From contig JBAYFM010000003.1 of NCBI GenBank assembly GCA_041667185.1, positions 16,962-80,961 on the forward strand: DNA of 64,000 nucleotides, written 5' to 3'. Below, one piece after another: positions 8,668 to 18,980 of this stretch. This DNA is from Patescibacteria group bacterium (lineage in GTDB: Bacteria > Patescibacteriota > Patescibacteriia > SG8-24). How positions within the stretch are numbered: position 1 is the stretch's first letter; every line of letters begins with the position of its first letter. Below the pieces are notes generated by a model. It searched no databases, was not told the DNA's origin, and saw nothing but the letters and a program-made list of their open reading frames with translations. Position numbers and translations under genes: made by a program.

Positions 8668-10086
8668 ATGCCCACGATAACCATTAATTTCGATTATTTC
8701 CTTCAGCTGGGAAGCCTGCCTTTGCCGCTCATGTTAGCGCGTCTTTTTTTGGACGGCGGCTGGATCTTCATTCTCGTCATTTTCGTCCAGTTCGGCTGGA
8801 TCATGTGGGTGCAGTCGCGTCAGGTCAAGTTCAACAAAGGCGTCAGATACATCCTGCTCGCGATCGACGTGCCGAAAGAGAACGAGCAGACGCCGAAGGC
8901 CGTCGAACAGATCTTCAGCCAGCTCGCCGGCGCCTATTCCGGAGCGGACAATTATGAGAAGTACTGGATCGGCAAGACCCAGTCCGTCTTCAGTTTCGAG
9001 CTGGTGTCGGTCGATGGTTACGTCCAATTCCTCGTGCATACTCCGGCCAAGTTCCGCGACCTGATCGAAGCGGCCGTCTACGCGCAGTATCCTGACGCCG
9101 AGATCATCGAGGTCGAGGATTACGCTGATAAAGTGCCGCTCAAATATCCGGATGACGAATGGGATTGTTGGGGCACGGAGTTCGCCCTGAAGAAGCCGGC
9201 GGCTTTTCCGATCCGGACGCACCTGCAGTTCGAGCACAATCTTTCGGAAGAATATTTCAAGGATCCGCTCGGTCCGATGCTTGAGATCTTCAGCTCGATG
9301 AAAAAAGGCGAGCAGTTGTGGCTGCAGTACATCATCATGCCCTGCGATGATTCCTGGAAGGATGCGAGCGCGGCCATCGCCGATAAGATCCTTGGCCGGA
9401 AAAAACCGGCGCCGAAGACGCTCGCCGATGATCTGGTCGCCTGGCCGCTCGCGGTCGTGAACGAGGTTGCTGGTTTGGGCGGTTCAGCGCCGTCGGAAAA
9501 GAAGGACGCTACGCCGAAGATGCTGCAGCTTTCGCCCGGCGAAAGGAACGTTCTCGAGACCATCCAGCTCAAAGCGGCGAAACATGGTTTTCTGACCAAG
9601 ATCCGCATGGTTTATGTGGCCAAGAAAACGATCGCCAACCGCGGCAAGGTCGTCTCGCCCATGAAAGGCGCTTTCGGCCAATTCGCGGCGCTGGATTCTA
9701 ATGCCATCAAGGTCTACGGCAAGGTCGCGCCGAAAGGGGATTACTTCTGGGAGAAATGGAGCGTGCCAGAGAAGACCAACAACATCATCCGCAACTACAA
9801 GAATCGCAGCGGTCGCGGCGGCAATTTCTTCGTGCTGAACGTCGAGGAGCTGGCGACTCTTTATCATTTCCCGTACAAGACCGTGAAGGCGCCGCTCATC
9901 AAGCGCACTGAGGCGAAGCGCGCCGAGCCGCCGTCGCATCTGCCGACGGCCGACATCGATGCAATCAGGCCTTTCAAGCGCAAGAAAGCGGCTCCGCCGC
10001 CGTCGCATTTGCCGGCCCCGCCGCCGGAACCTGAGGACGCCGAGGGCGACGCCGGCGACGACGGCGATGACTTGCTCAAGATCTGA
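8668..10086 (+). CDS. Membrane-anchored protein partnering the downstream VirD4-like ATPase
   Basis: N-terminal TM; IYAQYP-like AVYAQYPDAEI, FPIRT and LNVEELATLYHFP motifs resemble CPR partner proteins; promoter TTGAAA-N17-TATGAT at 8582-8610. Confidence 0.75.
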   Translation: MPTITINFDYFLQLGSLPLPLMLARLFLDGGWIFILVIFVQFGWIMWVQSRQVKFNKGVRYILLAIDVPKENEQTPKAVEQIFSQLAGAYSGADNYEKYWIGKTQSVFSFELVSVDGYVQFLVHTPAKFRDLIEAAVYAQYPDAEIIEVEDYADKVPLKYPDDEWDCWGTEFALKKPAAFPIRTHLQFEHNLSEEYFKDPLGPMLEIFSSMKKGEQLWLQYIIMPCDDSWKDASAAIADKILGRKKPAPKTLADDLVAWPLAVVNEVAGLGGSAPSEKKDATPKMLQLSPGERNVLETIQLKAAKHGFLTKIRMVYVAKKTIANRGKVVSPMKGAFGQFAALDSNAIKVYGKVAPKGDYFWEKWSVPEKTNNIIRNYKNRSGRGGNFFVLNVEELATLYHFPYKTVKAPLIKRTEAKRAEPPSHLPTADIDAIRPFKRKKAAPPPSHLPAPPPEPEDAEGDAGDDGDDLLKI

Positions 10087-10091
10087 CGCCT

Positions 10092-12503
10092 ATGCCGGAA
10101 CTCACGCCCTACGATCACGATCATGAGAACGAAGTCTCGCTTTTCGCGGAGACCAACTATCGGAATAACCGGACCAAGTTCGGCATCAAGACCGATGACC
10201 GCCGCCGGCATGTTTACGTCATCGGTAAGACCGGCATGGGCAAGACCACGCTGCTCGAGAATTTCGTCCTGAACGACATCTACGCCGGGCATGGTCTCGC
10301 TTACGTCGATCCGCACGGCGACACCGCCCAGAAACTGCTGGACTACATTCCCTCGAACCGCATCAACGACGTGGTGTATTTCAATCCGGGGGATATGGAT
10401 TTTCCCATCGGGTTCAACATTCTCGAGACCGTCGACCCGAGCAAGAAACACCTGGTCGCCGCCGGGCTCATGGGTGTCTTCAAGAAGATCTGGCCCGACG
10501 TCTGGTCGGCCCGTATGGAGTACATCCTGCTCAACACCATCCTCGCGCTTCTCGACGCGCCGGGTTCGACATTGCTCGGCATCAACCGCCTGCTCGTGGA
10601 CGAGGATTATCGCAAGCGCGTCGTCTCGCTCTGTCAGGACCCGGTCGTGAAGACTTTCTGGGTCAAGGAGTTCGCCGCTTTTTCGGAGAAGTACCGCACC
10701 GAGGCTATCGCGCCGGTCCAGAACAAGGTCGGCCAGTTCCTGTCCGCGTCCATCATCCGCAATATCGTCGCTCAGGTGAAATCGACCATCGATGTCCGCG
10801 AGATCATGGACAAGCGTAAGATCTTCATCCTGAATCTGGCCAAGGGCCTCATCGGCGAGGAAAACTCGCGGCTCTTGGGCGGTATGATCGTGACGCGGTT
10901 GCAGCTCGCGGCCATGGAGCGCGTGGATATGCCGGAGAAAGAGCGGCAGGATTTCTACCTCTACGTCGACGAGTTCCAGAATTTCGCCACGACTTCGTTC
11001 GCGAACATTTTGTCCGAGGCGCGCAAGTACCGCCTGAACCTGATCGTCGCCCACCAGTACATCGAACAGCTCGAGGAGGAGGTCCGTGACGCCATCTTCG
11101 GCAACGTCGGCACCATCATCAGTTTCCGGGTCGGCGCCGCCGACGCCCAGTTCATGGAGACCGAGTTCACGCCGCGATTCACACCGGAGGACCTGGTCAA
11201 TCTCGGCAAGTACGATACGTATCTGAAGCTCATGATCGACGGCGCATCCTCCGAGCCTTTCTCGGCGACGACCTTGCCGCCGATCGCTCAACGGACTGGT
11301 TCGGCGGAAAAAGTGATCAAGGTCTCGCGTGAACGGAACGCGCGTCCGCGAGCCGATATCGAGAGCAAGGTTTTGCGCTGGAGCGGTATGGGGACGTCCG
11401 ACGAGGGTGCCGTGATCGATGTTGAGGATGATGATGAGGCTTTGGCTTCCGAAGAAAAGCTCAAGGAATTACAGGCCACGTCGCCCAAGATCGCGGGATT
11501 GGTCGTGCCGGACAAGAAACCGAAGAAGATGTTCGAGATCGCGTGCTCAGTCTGCGGCAAGATCCAGCAATTATCGTTCGAACCCGACTGGTCGCGGCCG
11601 TGGTTTTGCAAGGAAGATCTGGAGAAGCGGAAATTGTCCGGTGAAGGCGATCGTCCAGCCGCATCCGCAACTCCCGTTGCTGTTGCAGCTCCACGACCGC
11701 CAGCCGTCCAACCGCCGAAGATAATCGTGGTTCCGCCGCGCCCGCCGGTTGCCGCCAAACCATTGCAAGCGGCTCCACCGCCCAAGAAGATCGAGCCGCA
11801 GGCTGCCGCCCCAGCCGCTCCGAGCGTTTCGTTAGCGGCATTGCTGGGCAAAGATTTGACGGCTAAAGAAGAAATGGAGGTCATTGAAGAAGTTGATGAT
11901 GAGGACGCCGGCGACGGAACCGGATCGCCGAAGATCGTCGAAAAGATCGTCGAGACGCCGCTCGCCTCCGCGACTCCGGGAGGCGTCGGTCTGGTGAGCG
12001 TCAGCGCCAAATCGGTCGATCGTCCGAAACCGCGCGCCGTCGCCACGCCAGTTGCGCCCAGACCGGCAGCGAAGCCGGCTCCGATCGCCCCCAATTCTAC
12101 CCGCTCGGCTGCGCCCAGACCGGCCGCTCCGAATCGCGAGAAGAATAAACCGAATCGTCCGCGCATCGTCATGTCTGATCCGAAGCGCCAGTTCGCGGCT
12201 CCGAAAGCGAATATTCAGGTCAATCCGCGCGAGCCTGAACGCCATTCGGATAAGTCGGCGGCTGATGTCGTCAAGCCATCTGTTTCGGTTCAGCCAGTCG
12301 TCGAACAGAAGAAACCCCAATCGATTATCCGACCGCCGGCCGCGGCGAGCAGCGAATCGAAGATCGGTGCCGCGCCGCAAGCACCGGCTCCGATCCAGCC
12401 AGCCGCGCCGACAACTCCTAAACCGGCTGTGCCGCCGCCGGCCGTGAAATCCGATTCCGACGGCCAGCCGATGCGTCCTGGGGAAGTAATTAAATTTTCA
12501 TGA
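10092..12503 (+). CDS. VirD4/TraD/HerA-like ATPase with Zn-finger-like motif and long Pro/Ala-rich tail
   Basis: Walker A GKTGMGKT, DPHGD, Walker B LYVDEFQNF, LSEARKYRL, AHQY; CSVC-x17-CKED. Confidence 0.9.
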   Translation: MPELTPYDHDHENEVSLFAETNYRNNRTKFGIKTDDRRRHVYVIGKTGMGKTTLLENFVLNDIYAGHGLAYVDPHGDTAQKLLDYIPSNRINDVVYFNPGDMDFPIGFNILETVDPSKKHLVAAGLMGVFKKIWPDVWSARMEYILLNTILALLDAPGSTLLGINRLLVDEDYRKRVVSLCQDPVVKTFWVKEFAAFSEKYRTEAIAPVQNKVGQFLSASIIRNIVAQVKSTIDVREIMDKRKIFILNLAKGLIGEENSRLLGGMIVTRLQLAAMERVDMPEKERQDFYLYVDEFQNFATTSFANILSEARKYRLNLIVAHQYIEQLEEEVRDAIFGNVGTIISFRVGAADAQFMETEFTPRFTPEDLVNLGKYDTYLKLMIDGASSEPFSATTLPPIAQRTGSAEKVIKVSRERNARPRADIESKVLRWSGMGTSDEGAVIDVEDDDEALASEEKLKELQATSPKIAGLVVPDKKPKKMFEIACSVCGKIQQLSFEPDWSRPWFCKEDLEKRKLSGEGDRPAASATPVAVAAPRPPAVQPPKIIVVPPRPPVAAKPLQAAPPPKKIEPQAAAPAAPSVSLAALLGKDLTAKEEMEVIEEVDDEDAGDGTGSPKIVEKIVETPLASATPGGVGLVSVSAKSVDRPKPRAVATPVAPRPAAKPAPIAPNSTRSAAPRPAAPNREKNKPNRPRIVMSDPKRQFAAPKANIQVNPREPERHSDKSAADVVKPSVSVQPVVEQKKPQSIIRPPAAASSESKIGAAPQAPAPIQPAAPTTPKPAVPPPAVKSDSDGQPMRPGEVIKFS

Positions 12504-13486
12504 GCCAGTCCTGTCCTCCTTGTGTTCCGCCGGTAAAATACGAACGGCGTCGTTTGTTGATTTTCATGTTGGGCGTAAGTTGCGCCATCTTCAGTGGTAT
12601 TTTGCTTTGGCGCGGGGAAATTGACCGGCAGTACACTATTGATCGCCAGCAAGCTGAACAATATCTCACTGACCGCCAGACCTTGTTGGAGAAGCGGATC
12701 CGGAAAGTCGAATCGCGGAATGCTGACAATATTTTTTCCCTGGAGGAACAGATCAAGCGTCTGGCTGAAAAGCAGAAAACCACAGCTCCCGTTGCCAGCG
12801 TTTCGGATACCGCGGGCCTTAATTTTTCCATGGAGGATGCCATAGCCTCGATCGTCGAACTGGTCTGCATCGACAATGTTGACCGAGAGGTCTACTACAC
12901 CGGTTCTGGCACAGTAGTCGATCGCAGCGGACTAATTGTCACTAATGAACATATCCTCAAGAGCGGCGACGGATCGTTGATCGGTTTTTGCGGCGTCGGT
13001 TTTACGCGCGATTTGCATAAGCCTCCGCAGATTGAATTTGTGGCCACGACCGCAGCGATCCATAAATCGGCCGACCTCGCCATTATGCGCATCAGCGAAC
13101 GTCTCGATGGTCAGGATTTGCCGGCTAGATTTCAGGCTGTTTCGTTGGCTGATTCCGCCGCCACCTCGCTTGATCTCGCTCTTGGCGACGCCATCTTCAT
13201 CGGCGGTTATCCCGGGGTCGGCGCGGATACTTTTACTTTCACCCAAGGGGTCGTGAGCGGCCGGGTTGGAGAAGATCTCATCAAAACCTCGGCTTTCATC
13301 GATACGGGCACGTCGGGCGGCGCGGCTTTCGACTCGAAGGGTTTATATGTCGGCATGCCGATGGCTGCGGCCAGGGGCGATATCGGCGGCAGCTTGGGTT
13401 ATCTCATCGGAGCTGACATCATCGATGATTTCATGAAAGATTATTATTCCGGTTTGAACCATCTGCCGGAAACGCTTCCAGAATGA
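12500..13486 (+). CDS. Membrane-anchored trypsin-like serine protease
   Basis: TM and coiled coil, then TNEH, DLA and GTSGG triad. Confidence 0.88.
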   Translation: MSQSCPPCVPPVKYERRRLLIFMLGVSCAIFSGILLWRGEIDRQYTIDRQQAEQYLTDRQTLLEKRIRKVESRNADNIFSLEEQIKRLAEKQKTTAPVASVSDTAGLNFSMEDAIASIVELVCIDNVDREVYYTGSGTVVDRSGLIVTNEHILKSGDGSLIGFCGVGFTRDLHKPPQIEFVATTAAIHKSADLAIMRISERLDGQDLPARFQAVSLADSAATSLDLALGDAIFIGGYPGVGADTFTFTQGVVSGRVGEDLIKTSAFIDTGTSGGAAFDSKGLYVGMPMAAARGDIGGSLGYLIGADIIDDFMKDYYSGLNHLPETLPE

Positions 13487-14169
13487 GGTCTGTCAGCCAA
13501 GAGATCGTGATCGAGACATCCGACGGTATCTTGCTTTCGGGTTCATATTCAGCCGGTCCGCTCGGAGGTCCGGCGGCGCTTTTGCTGCATATGATGCCGG
13601 CGACCAAGGAAAGCTGGGCGGAGTTCGCCGCTGTCCTGGCGGCGCGCGGATTTTCGACGCTCGCGATCGATCTGCGCGGCCATGGCCGCAGCACGCGCGG
13701 CGCGGACGGACGAAAGCTAGATTATAAATTATTCGAGGATACCGATCACCAGGCCAAGATCATCGACGTCGAAGCTGCGGCGGCCTGGCTCGAGCGCGAG
13801 CGGGGGATCGGGAAAAGCCGGCTTGTGGTTGTCGGCGCTTCGATCGGGGCGAACCTGGCCATCGCTTTCGCTGCCGCTCATCCGGAGATCCCGGCCGCAG
13901 CGGCGTTGTCGCCCGGACTTGATTACCGCGGTGTCACGACCCCGGACCAGGTCCGCAGATTCGGCCTGGCGCAGGGCTTGTTCCTGGCGGCGAGCGTGGA
14001 GGATGAACTGTCTTTCAAGACCGACTGCGAACTCGCGCGGCTCAAACCCGACGCGGTCATCAGGGAATATCAGGGAGCCGGCCACGGTACGGCGATGTTC
14101 TCGTCCCGGCCGGAGCTGGCCGGCGAACTCGCGGCTTGGCTGGCAAACCGCGCCGCTCCGAAGCCGTGA
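13483..14169 (+). CDS. Alpha/beta hydrolase
   Basis: DLRGHGRS, GASIG nucleophile elbow, GHG. Confidence 0.9.
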   Translation: MRSVSQEIVIETSDGILLSGSYSAGPLGGPAALLLHMMPATKESWAEFAAVLAARGFSTLAIDLRGHGRSTRGADGRKLDYKLFEDTDHQAKIIDVEAAAAWLERERGIGKSRLVVVGASIGANLAIAFAAAHPEIPAAAALSPGLDYRGVTTPDQVRRFGLAQGLFLAASVEDELSFKTDCELARLKPDAVIREYQGAGHGTAMFSSRPELAGELAAWLANRAAPKP

Positions 14170-15224
14170 TGATTATGGAAGGTTTTTTGAGGGTGCAGAC
14201 GGGCGGGTCACCGCGGGATATGGGTCATGACATCGGCGCCGCCTCGCGCGACATCATCCGCGAATTGGTCGCCACGGACCGCGCTTTTTATCGCCGCCTG
14301 ACCGGCCGTTCTCTTGAGGCCCTGCGGCGCATTTTTTTCCGGGACCAGCTGCCGCTCATCGCGCGTCGCTATCCGGACTACGCGGCTGAACTCGCGGGGA
14401 TCGCCGAGGGCGCGCGTCTGCCTTTCGAGAAGATCGCGCTTTTTTCCGCCGAGGAAGACCTGATTGACGCGTGCGGCGGCTGGGAAAAATGCACCAGCGC
14501 CGCCGTGCGGACTCCGACCGGCGTCTATCTTTTGCATAACGAAGATTACATCGGCCGCTATCACGGTCGGTTGATCGTGATCGAGGCCGAACCCGAACGT
14601 CAGCCGGCTTTCGTCAGTTTGGCCTATCCGGGAACGCTGGCCGGCTCAGCCTGCGGACTCAACTCCCGGCAGATCGCTTTCGAGGGCAATTCTTTGCGTT
14701 TTCCGGTGCGCCGTTGCGGCTTGCCGAAGAATTTTCTCCTGCGCGATCTGCTGGCGGCCCGCAGCCTCGCGGATGCCGTCGCGAAGTTCTCGGTTGGCCC
14801 GCGCATCCTCGCGAGCAGCGCGACGCTGGTCGCCGGGCGCAGCCGGCGGATCGTCTGCGTGGAAGCGGTGCCAGACCGCGTGGCCGTCATCCGGCCGGAC
14901 CGCCGTGACGTCTGGGCGCACACCAATCACGTGCGTTCCCTGGAGATCGATACCCGCGACGAACGAGCGACCCTGAGTTCGCGATTGCGCCTGGCGGAGA
15001 TCGAAGCCGCTCTGTCCGACCGGGCCAGCCGTGGTCTCAGCGGTTTCCGCGAAGTGCTGTCGGCTCCGGACCGGCGCTACCTTTATTTCGGCCGATCCGC
15101 GGCTGAACCGACGACTCTGGCTTCGGTAATCATGGATCCGGCGCGGCTGGAAATGCAGATCGCTAAACGCGACGGGAAAAGGCGGAAATTCATCAGCTAT
15201 TCAGTCCCGCGGGCGCATTCCTAG
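14169..15224 (+). CDS. C45 family (Ntn-hydrolase) peptidase/acyltransferase
   Basis: ELAGIAEGA, autocleavage EKCTS, HNED, GLNS, HTNH. Confidence 0.8.
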   Translation: MIMEGFLRVQTGGSPRDMGHDIGAASRDIIRELVATDRAFYRRLTGRSLEALRRIFFRDQLPLIARRYPDYAAELAGIAEGARLPFEKIALFSAEEDLIDACGGWEKCTSAAVRTPTGVYLLHNEDYIGRYHGRLIVIEAEPERQPAFVSLAYPGTLAGSACGLNSRQIAFEGNSLRFPVRRCGLPKNFLLRDLLAARSLADAVAKFSVGPRILASSATLVAGRSRRIVCVEAVPDRVAVIRPDRRDVWAHTNHVRSLEIDTRDERATLSSRLRLAEIEAALSDRASRGLSGFREVLSAPDRRYLYFGRSAAEPTTLASVIMDPARLEMQIAKRDGKRRKFISYSVPRAHS

Positions 15225-15313
15225 ATTAGCCAGCTTCCGGTCGGGACGCATTGGACAATTCTCGGCCAGAGCGCTAATCTTTTTTTGGTTCTTTCCAAAT
15301 CCGGAGGTGAAAA

Positions 15314-16030
15314 ATGAGCCGCACCCAGACATTTGAGCGCCAGGCGCAGGAGCTGCTCCGGCGTTTCGACCCCGCGTCCGAACGCAAGCGGCTGCTCGAT
15401 CGCCCGTTCATGTTGGAGCTCTTCGGAACCCCCAAGTCCGGCAAGAGCACGATGAGGGAGATGATCAAGCATTTCTTCAAACGCAACGGTTGGTCGGTAT
15501 CGTCGCCGCTCGAAGGCGCCGAGGCCGTCGAACTGCCGCGCGCCGAGCCGCAGTACAACTTTCAGACCGCGGAGTATGCGCTGTCGAACGCCCGAGAACG
15601 CTTCTACAACAAGCGGTTCCATCTGGTCATCTTCGACCGGGCCATCTATGACGGCGTGACCCGTATGGAGCTGTACCGCCGCAAGGGTATCATCACCGCG
15701 GAGCAGCAGGCCCTGATCGAGGGCTACTACCTGTTGCCCTGGAACGCCGGGATGTTCGATATGCACATCTGTCTCGTCGCCGACGTGGAGACCGCCATCA
15801 AGCGCGAGCTGGCCCGGGCGCTCACCAAGAAACACGGCGAGACGATGAATCCGCAGACGCTCAGCGATCTTCTGGCCGCCCACCAGTCCATGTGGGACCG
15901 TCTCGGCTGCGCCGCAAACCCGGCCATGTGCTGGCATGATTCCTCCAAGGAGCGCGAAGCGGAGACCGCCAAAGCGATCCTGGAAAACCTGTTCGCGGCG
16001 TTCGAACGCCGCCTGCAGCAGTCCCGCTGA
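15314..16030 (+). CDS. P-loop nucleotide kinase-like protein (thymidylate kinase fold)
   Basis: LELFGTPKSGKST, IFDRAIYD; own promoter (15252-15280), SD and terminator. Confidence 0.75.
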   Translation: MSRTQTFERQAQELLRRFDPASERKRLLDRPFMLELFGTPKSGKSTMREMIKHFFKRNGWSVSSPLEGAEAVELPRAEPQYNFQTAEYALSNARERFYNKRFHLVIFDRAIYDGVTRMELYRRKGIITAEQQALIEGYYLLPWNAGMFDMHICLVADVETAIKRELARALTKKHGETMNPQTLSDLLAAHQSMWDRLGCAANPAMCWHDSSKEREAETAKAILENLFAAFERRLQQSR

Positions 16031-16140
16031 TCCGTCTTTTAGCCGTCGAGCTGAGCTCGACGGTTTTTCTTATCTGCCGATCGCCCGGACAGCGGCGCTC
16101 TTGGCTAACGGCTGACGGCTAGCTATGATGTTTCCTGACT

Positions 16141-16701
16141 ATGGAATTGCCCATCGGCATCGATCTCGACGGCACCATCATCGACCATACCGCCAACAAA
16201 CAGCGGCTGGCCGCGGACTTGGGTTATCGGTTGACGTCCTGCGAGACGAATTCCAATATCATGAGCCGGTTCATGTCGGAGCGGCATTACGAGGAGCTGC
16301 AAGAGCGTCTATATAAGGAAATGACGCTTGAGGCTCCGCCGGTCCGGGGCGCGCTCGAGGTCTTGAGCCGACTCGGCCGCCCATTCTTCCTGATCTCGGC
16401 GCGGCGGCCGGAAACTATCCCGTTCGCCCAGGCTTGGATCGACAAGTGGTTGGTCCGCGACATCCTGCCGCCGGAGCGGACGATCTTCTGCGGCAGCGGC
16501 GCCGAGAAGCGGGGACACTGCGATCGTCTCGGCGTCGGCCTGTATCTGGACGACAAGGTCGGCGTGCTGCAGAAATTGTCGTCCGGCGTGGCCAAGGTCT
16601 GGTTCGACGAACACGGTCTGGCCGATGCTTTGTCGCCGACGGCGGATATCAAGATCGTCCGCACGTGGGTGGAATTCGGCGAGCTGCTGCGGCGCGGTTG
16701 A
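16141..16701 (+). CDS. HAD-family 5'(3')-nucleotidase-like protein
   Basis: IGIDLDGT, ISAR, K, YLDD. Confidence 0.85.
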   Translation: MELPIGIDLDGTIIDHTANKQRLAADLGYRLTSCETNSNIMSRFMSERHYEELQERLYKEMTLEAPPVRGALEVLSRLGRPFFLISARRPETIPFAQAWIDKWLVRDILPPERTIFCGSGAEKRGHCDRLGVGLYLDDKVGVLQKLSSGVAKVWFDEHGLADALSPTADIKIVRTWVEFGELLRRG

Positions 16702-16731
16702 TCTGAAAACAGCGCTTCCAATCCTGATCGC

Positions 16732-17832
16732 ATGAACAAGAAACAGCGCAAAACCATAGTGGTCGGTATGTCCGGCGGCGTTGATTCCAGCGTCGCCGCC
16801 GCTTTGCTCGTGGCCGCGGGTCATAATGTCATCGGCGCGTTCATGAAGAATTGGTCCGACACCAAGGATCCGCTGACCGGCGCTTGCGCCTGGCGGACCG
16901 AACGCCGCGACGCCGAAGCCGTGGCCGCGCATCTCGGCATCCCGTTCCACACTTTTGATTTCGAGCGCGAATATCGCGAGGCCGTGGTCGAATATCTGTT
17001 CCGCGAATACGCCGCCGGCCGCACGCCGAATCCCGACGTCCTCTGTAACAAGTACGTCAAGTTCAATTTTTTCCTGAAGGAAGCGCTGAAGCTCGGCGCG
17101 GATCTCATCGCTACCGGTCATTACGCCCGCGTGCGGCAGCGTGCCGGCCGGGTCGAACTCCTGGCCGGATCGGATCCCAATAAAGATCAATCATATTTTT
17201 TGCATCAGCTGAGCCAGGAGCAATTGGAGCGCGTCGTCTTTCCGGTCGGCGGCATCCTGAAACCGGAAGTGCGCCGCTTGGCGCGCGAGTTCGGTCTGCC
17301 CACGGCTGACAAAAAAGACAGCCAGGGCATCTGTTTCGTCGGCAAGGTCGATCTCAAGACCTTTCTTGGCCGCCGGTTGCCGGAACGCCCGGGTGTCATC
17401 ATCACCATGGAGGGCGAGGTCGTCGGGCGGCATAAAGGCATGGCGCCTTTCACCATCGGCCAGCGCCACGGGCTGGATCTCGGTGGCGGCGATCCATATT
17501 TCGTCGTCGAGAAGGATCCGCTCCGCAACACCGTCGTCGTCGCCCGCGGCGCGGCACATCCGGCGCTGTTCGCCAAGCTGCTCTTGGCCGGCGACGAACA
17601 TTGGATCTCTGGCCGCGCGCCGCGTCTGCCTTTGCGCTGCGAAGCCCGCATCCGTTACCGCCAGCCGCTGCAGCGGGCCGAAGTCCGGCGCGTCGAATCC
17701 GGCGGCTTGCTCGTCAGATTCGCGGCCCCGCAGCGCGCGGTCACGCCCGGCCAGTTCGTCGCATTCTATCGCGGCGAGATCTGTCTCGGCGGCGCCGTCA
17801 TCAATTCATCATTGACCGCGCCCGCGCGATGA
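16732..17832 (+). CDS. mnmA: tRNA-specific 2-thiouridylase
   Basis: SGGVDS, TPNPDVLCN, ATGHY, KDQSYFL, DSQGICF, TPGQ. Confidence 0.97.
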   Translation: MNKKQRKTIVVGMSGGVDSSVAAALLVAAGHNVIGAFMKNWSDTKDPLTGACAWRTERRDAEAVAAHLGIPFHTFDFEREYREAVVEYLFREYAAGRTPNPDVLCNKYVKFNFFLKEALKLGADLIATGHYARVRQRAGRVELLAGSDPNKDQSYFLHQLSQEQLERVVFPVGGILKPEVRRLAREFGLPTADKKDSQGICFVGKVDLKTFLGRRLPERPGVIITMEGEVVGRHKGMAPFTIGQRHGLDLGGGDPYFVVEKDPLRNTVVVARGAAHPALFAKLLLAGDEHWISGRAPRLPLRCEARIRYRQPLQRAEVRRVESGGLLVRFAAPQRAVTPGQFVAFYRGEICLGGAVINSSLTAPAR

Positions 17833-17890
17833 GTTAAATTGCGTTCGGTCTGCAGCTGCCTTTTTATCAACTCGCACAGGAGGTGTGCCG

Positions 17891-18163
17891 ATGATGATTA
17901 TCGGGTTGGTTCTGCAATACAGCTGGGTTCTTTTCGTGGTCGCGCTCGTCACGAGCATTTGGTCCCAACAACTCTTCCAGCAGGGTAATTTCGCTCGAGG
18001 CAAGAAGATCCTCGTCGTGTCGTTCTGGTGCGCCGCCGTCCTCGCCGTGACGAACGGCGTCGTCGGCTTCGTGGCCCGCGACGGCATGTCGCTCTTCATG
18101 GCCGCCATCTGGGCATATTTCGCCTGGCGCGACCAGCAGATCCTCAAGCGGCTCGGCGGCTGA
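17891..18163 (+). CDS. Small membrane protein
   Basis: About three TM segments; TTGACC-N17-TAAATT promoter, AGGAGGT SD, terminator at about 18212-18242. Confidence 0.7.
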   Translation: MMIIGLVLQYSWVLFVVALVTSIWSQQLFQQGNFARGKKILVVSFWCAAVLAVTNGVVGFVARDGMSLFMAAIWAYFAWRDQQILKRLGG

Positions 18164-18343
18164 GGCTCCTGGCCGGCCAGCGACCTCTATCGGGTCTGAC
18201 TCCAATCACCAAGCGCACCCGTCCTGGGCGCGCTTTTTCTTTGCTCCGGAACGCGGCCTGACCGGCGCCAACGTCCACCGCAAAGTTGTCAGTTTTACCG
18301 TCGTCGGTTATTCTTTCTTAATATCAGCCACCTTTTTGATCAT

Positions 18344-18979
18344 ATGAAACATCACTTTCTAGCCCCGTCCTTGCTGCTCATCGGCCTCGTTCTCGCCGGA
18401 GCCGGTTGCGCCGGCGCGGCCGACGAACTCGCGGGCGACGCCCTGAAACCAACGGCGGTTCCATTATCCGCTTTGAACCTGGCCAAGCAGCTCACGGCTC
18501 AGGAACAGGCGCGCGCCAACGCCGAGGCCGACAGCATCGCCAACGAAATGACGGTCGCCATGGTGATCACCGAGAACGCGGCCGTTCCGCCAGGCATCGA
18601 GCCAGGCGCGACTTTCGGCTGCAGCGACCGCTCGGCTTACACCAAGGTCGCGCGCGAGTCCGATTCCGGCGATGTCCTGCGCGACGCGCTCCAGAGCCTG
18701 TTCGCGGTCCGCGACACCAACTACGACGGCCTCTATAACAGCCTAGCCTCGTCCTCGCTCGCGGTCGACAAGATCCAGAGCCGGGACGGCGTCACGACTG
18801 AGGTCTGGCTCAAGGGTCAGATCGTCTCGAGTGGCACCTGCGATGACCCGCGCATCAAGGAACAGATCGAAGCCACGGTCCGGCGCCTGAAGCCCGACTT
18901 CAAGATTTTTCTCAACGGTTCGGAAAAGAACTACCGCTGCATCGGCAACCAGAGCGGCGATTGCGCCCAGCCGAAATAA
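18344..18979 (+). CDS. Lipoprotein, possibly GerMN-like C-terminus
   Basis: LAGAGC lipobox; GCSD and GTCDDPRIKEQIEATV. Confidence 0.75.
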   Translation: MKHHFLAPSLLLIGLVLAGAGCAGAADELAGDALKPTAVPLSALNLAKQLTAQEQARANAEADSIANEMTVAMVITENAAVPPGIEPGATFGCSDRSAYTKVARESDSGDVLRDALQSLFAVRDTNYDGLYNSLASSSLAVDKIQSRDGVTTEVWLKGQIVSSGTCDDPRIKEQIEATVRRLKPDFKIFLNGSEKNYRCIGNQSGDCAQPK

Positions 18980-18980
18980 T

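Noticed and set aside
10092-12503. Conjugative element or ICE
   Set aside because: No integrase, relaxase, VirB genes or att sites; embedded among core genes
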